Assembly: GCF_009914755.1 (NCBI RefSeq)
Contig: NC_060930.1
Strand: one strand, 5' to 3'
Length of the DNA stretch: 64,000 nt
Source of the DNA: the human T2T-CHM13v2.0 reference genome, Homo sapiens
Part shown: piece by piece, positions 62,285-64,000 of the stretch
How positions within the stretch are numbered: position 1 is the stretch's first letter
How the letters are laid out: every line of letters begins with the position of its first letter
The notes under the pieces: model-generated
Seen by the model: only the letters and a program-made list of their open reading frames with translations
Databases searched by the model: none
What the model was told of the DNA's origin: nothing
Program-made: the position numbers and the translations under genes

Positions 62285-62445
62285 TTTTTTTCTTTTTTTT
62301 TTTTTTTTATTATACTCTAAGTTTTAGGGTACATGTGCATATTGTGCAGGTTAGTTACATATGTATACATGTGCCATGCTGGTGCGCTGCACCCACTAAT
62401 GTGTCATCTAGCATTAGGTATATCTCCCAATGCTATCCCTCCCCC
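62285..62445 (-). mobile_element. Very short 5'-truncated young L1PA 3' end
   Basis: ttattatactctaagttttagggtacatgtgca...; flanking direct repeat cccattttct. Confidence 0.85.
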
Positions 62446-63229
62446 ATTTTCTATTTTTAGAAGAATCAGGCTTTCCAGATTTTGGTCAGTTCCTAGTTCC
62501 AAGAACTGATCAAAGTTAGCCACCAGATGGAGCTCAATCTTATCTTAACTCCATCCCCAGCTTGTTCTTTAAAAGACAAACTGGAAAGGCCTTTTTTCTC
62601 CTTTATGCTAGTTTCCAAAGCACATTTCCTATAAATAATCACATTTAGGAAGGGAAAGGACAAAGGGGAAAACTATTAAACTTATCTATCCACATGATTC
62701 AGCAAAACTGTCAACTCCGCAAGGCAAGACTTAGAACCCATCTGTGTAGCCAGTGAGAACTCTACACCCATTCCCAGCCTTATCCTGCTGCCAAACCATA
62801 CCACAGTGTGTCAGGGAATAAGAGCTACTTTTCCTTGCTTGGTCCTAAATGGATTCACTCGTTTGTGTGGGGTTTTTTTAAGTCAGTAAAGGAAAAATTC
62901 AGAACTCCAAAAAAGTCTCTATATAGTTTACATAAGATGATATTGGTGATAATTAGATACTAATCACATTAATTTCTCAGATTCACTGCTCTTGAGGACT
63001 TCTTTTCTTGAAATATATGAAAATTCAGAACTCTGAAGAAAAAGAGGGACCTGATGATAAAGAGACCTGATTCCCTCATTTATACCTGAGATAATGGATG
63101 GTATCACTAACAAACCAACTTTTCATTGATCAACTAAGCACTGAGAGCCACACCTCTTCTATTCTCTAAAAATAATTACAAAGATGAGCATGCAGAATGT
63201 GTTATGACAAAGAGCAATATATAATTTTA

Positions 63230-64000
<771 letters not shown>

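Overview
Alu-dense human genomic DNA. The translated exons identify it as the chr6q13 KHDC1L-KHDC1 end of the KHDC1/DPPA5/KHDC3L/OOEP oocyte/embryo KH-domain gene cluster (locus assignment from my recall of the proteins). Two intact minus-strand genes are reconstructed exon by exon: KHDC1L (128 aa) and the 164-aa form of KHDC1. They lie in a ~15-17 kb tandem duplication (~162-17325 vs ~17933-33099). Each copy carries an ancient ERV1 provirus (RNase H, integrase and env-TM remnants, PPT, 3' LTR) ending ~390 bp upstream of the ATG. The copies differ by an Alu-bounded inversion, L1- and Alu-associated deletions, and a 119-bp indel that sets the KHDC1L stop codon. A CpG island at ~39.5-40.1 kb with a (GGC)8 repeat looks like a bidirectional promoter. 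Solo LTR12, THE1 and two LTR8-family elements retain TSDs. The main unexpected signal is a set of decayed plus-strand KH-family gene fossils that keep the family exon phase and spacing: KHDC3L-like at 52090-52551 (strong), OOEP/DPPA5-like at 35650-36653 and 33069-33255 (moderate), and a weak candidate at 41083-41560. There is also a perfect 30-bp-arm hairpin at 48661-48735. Protein comparisons use recalled sequences and need confirming by alignment.
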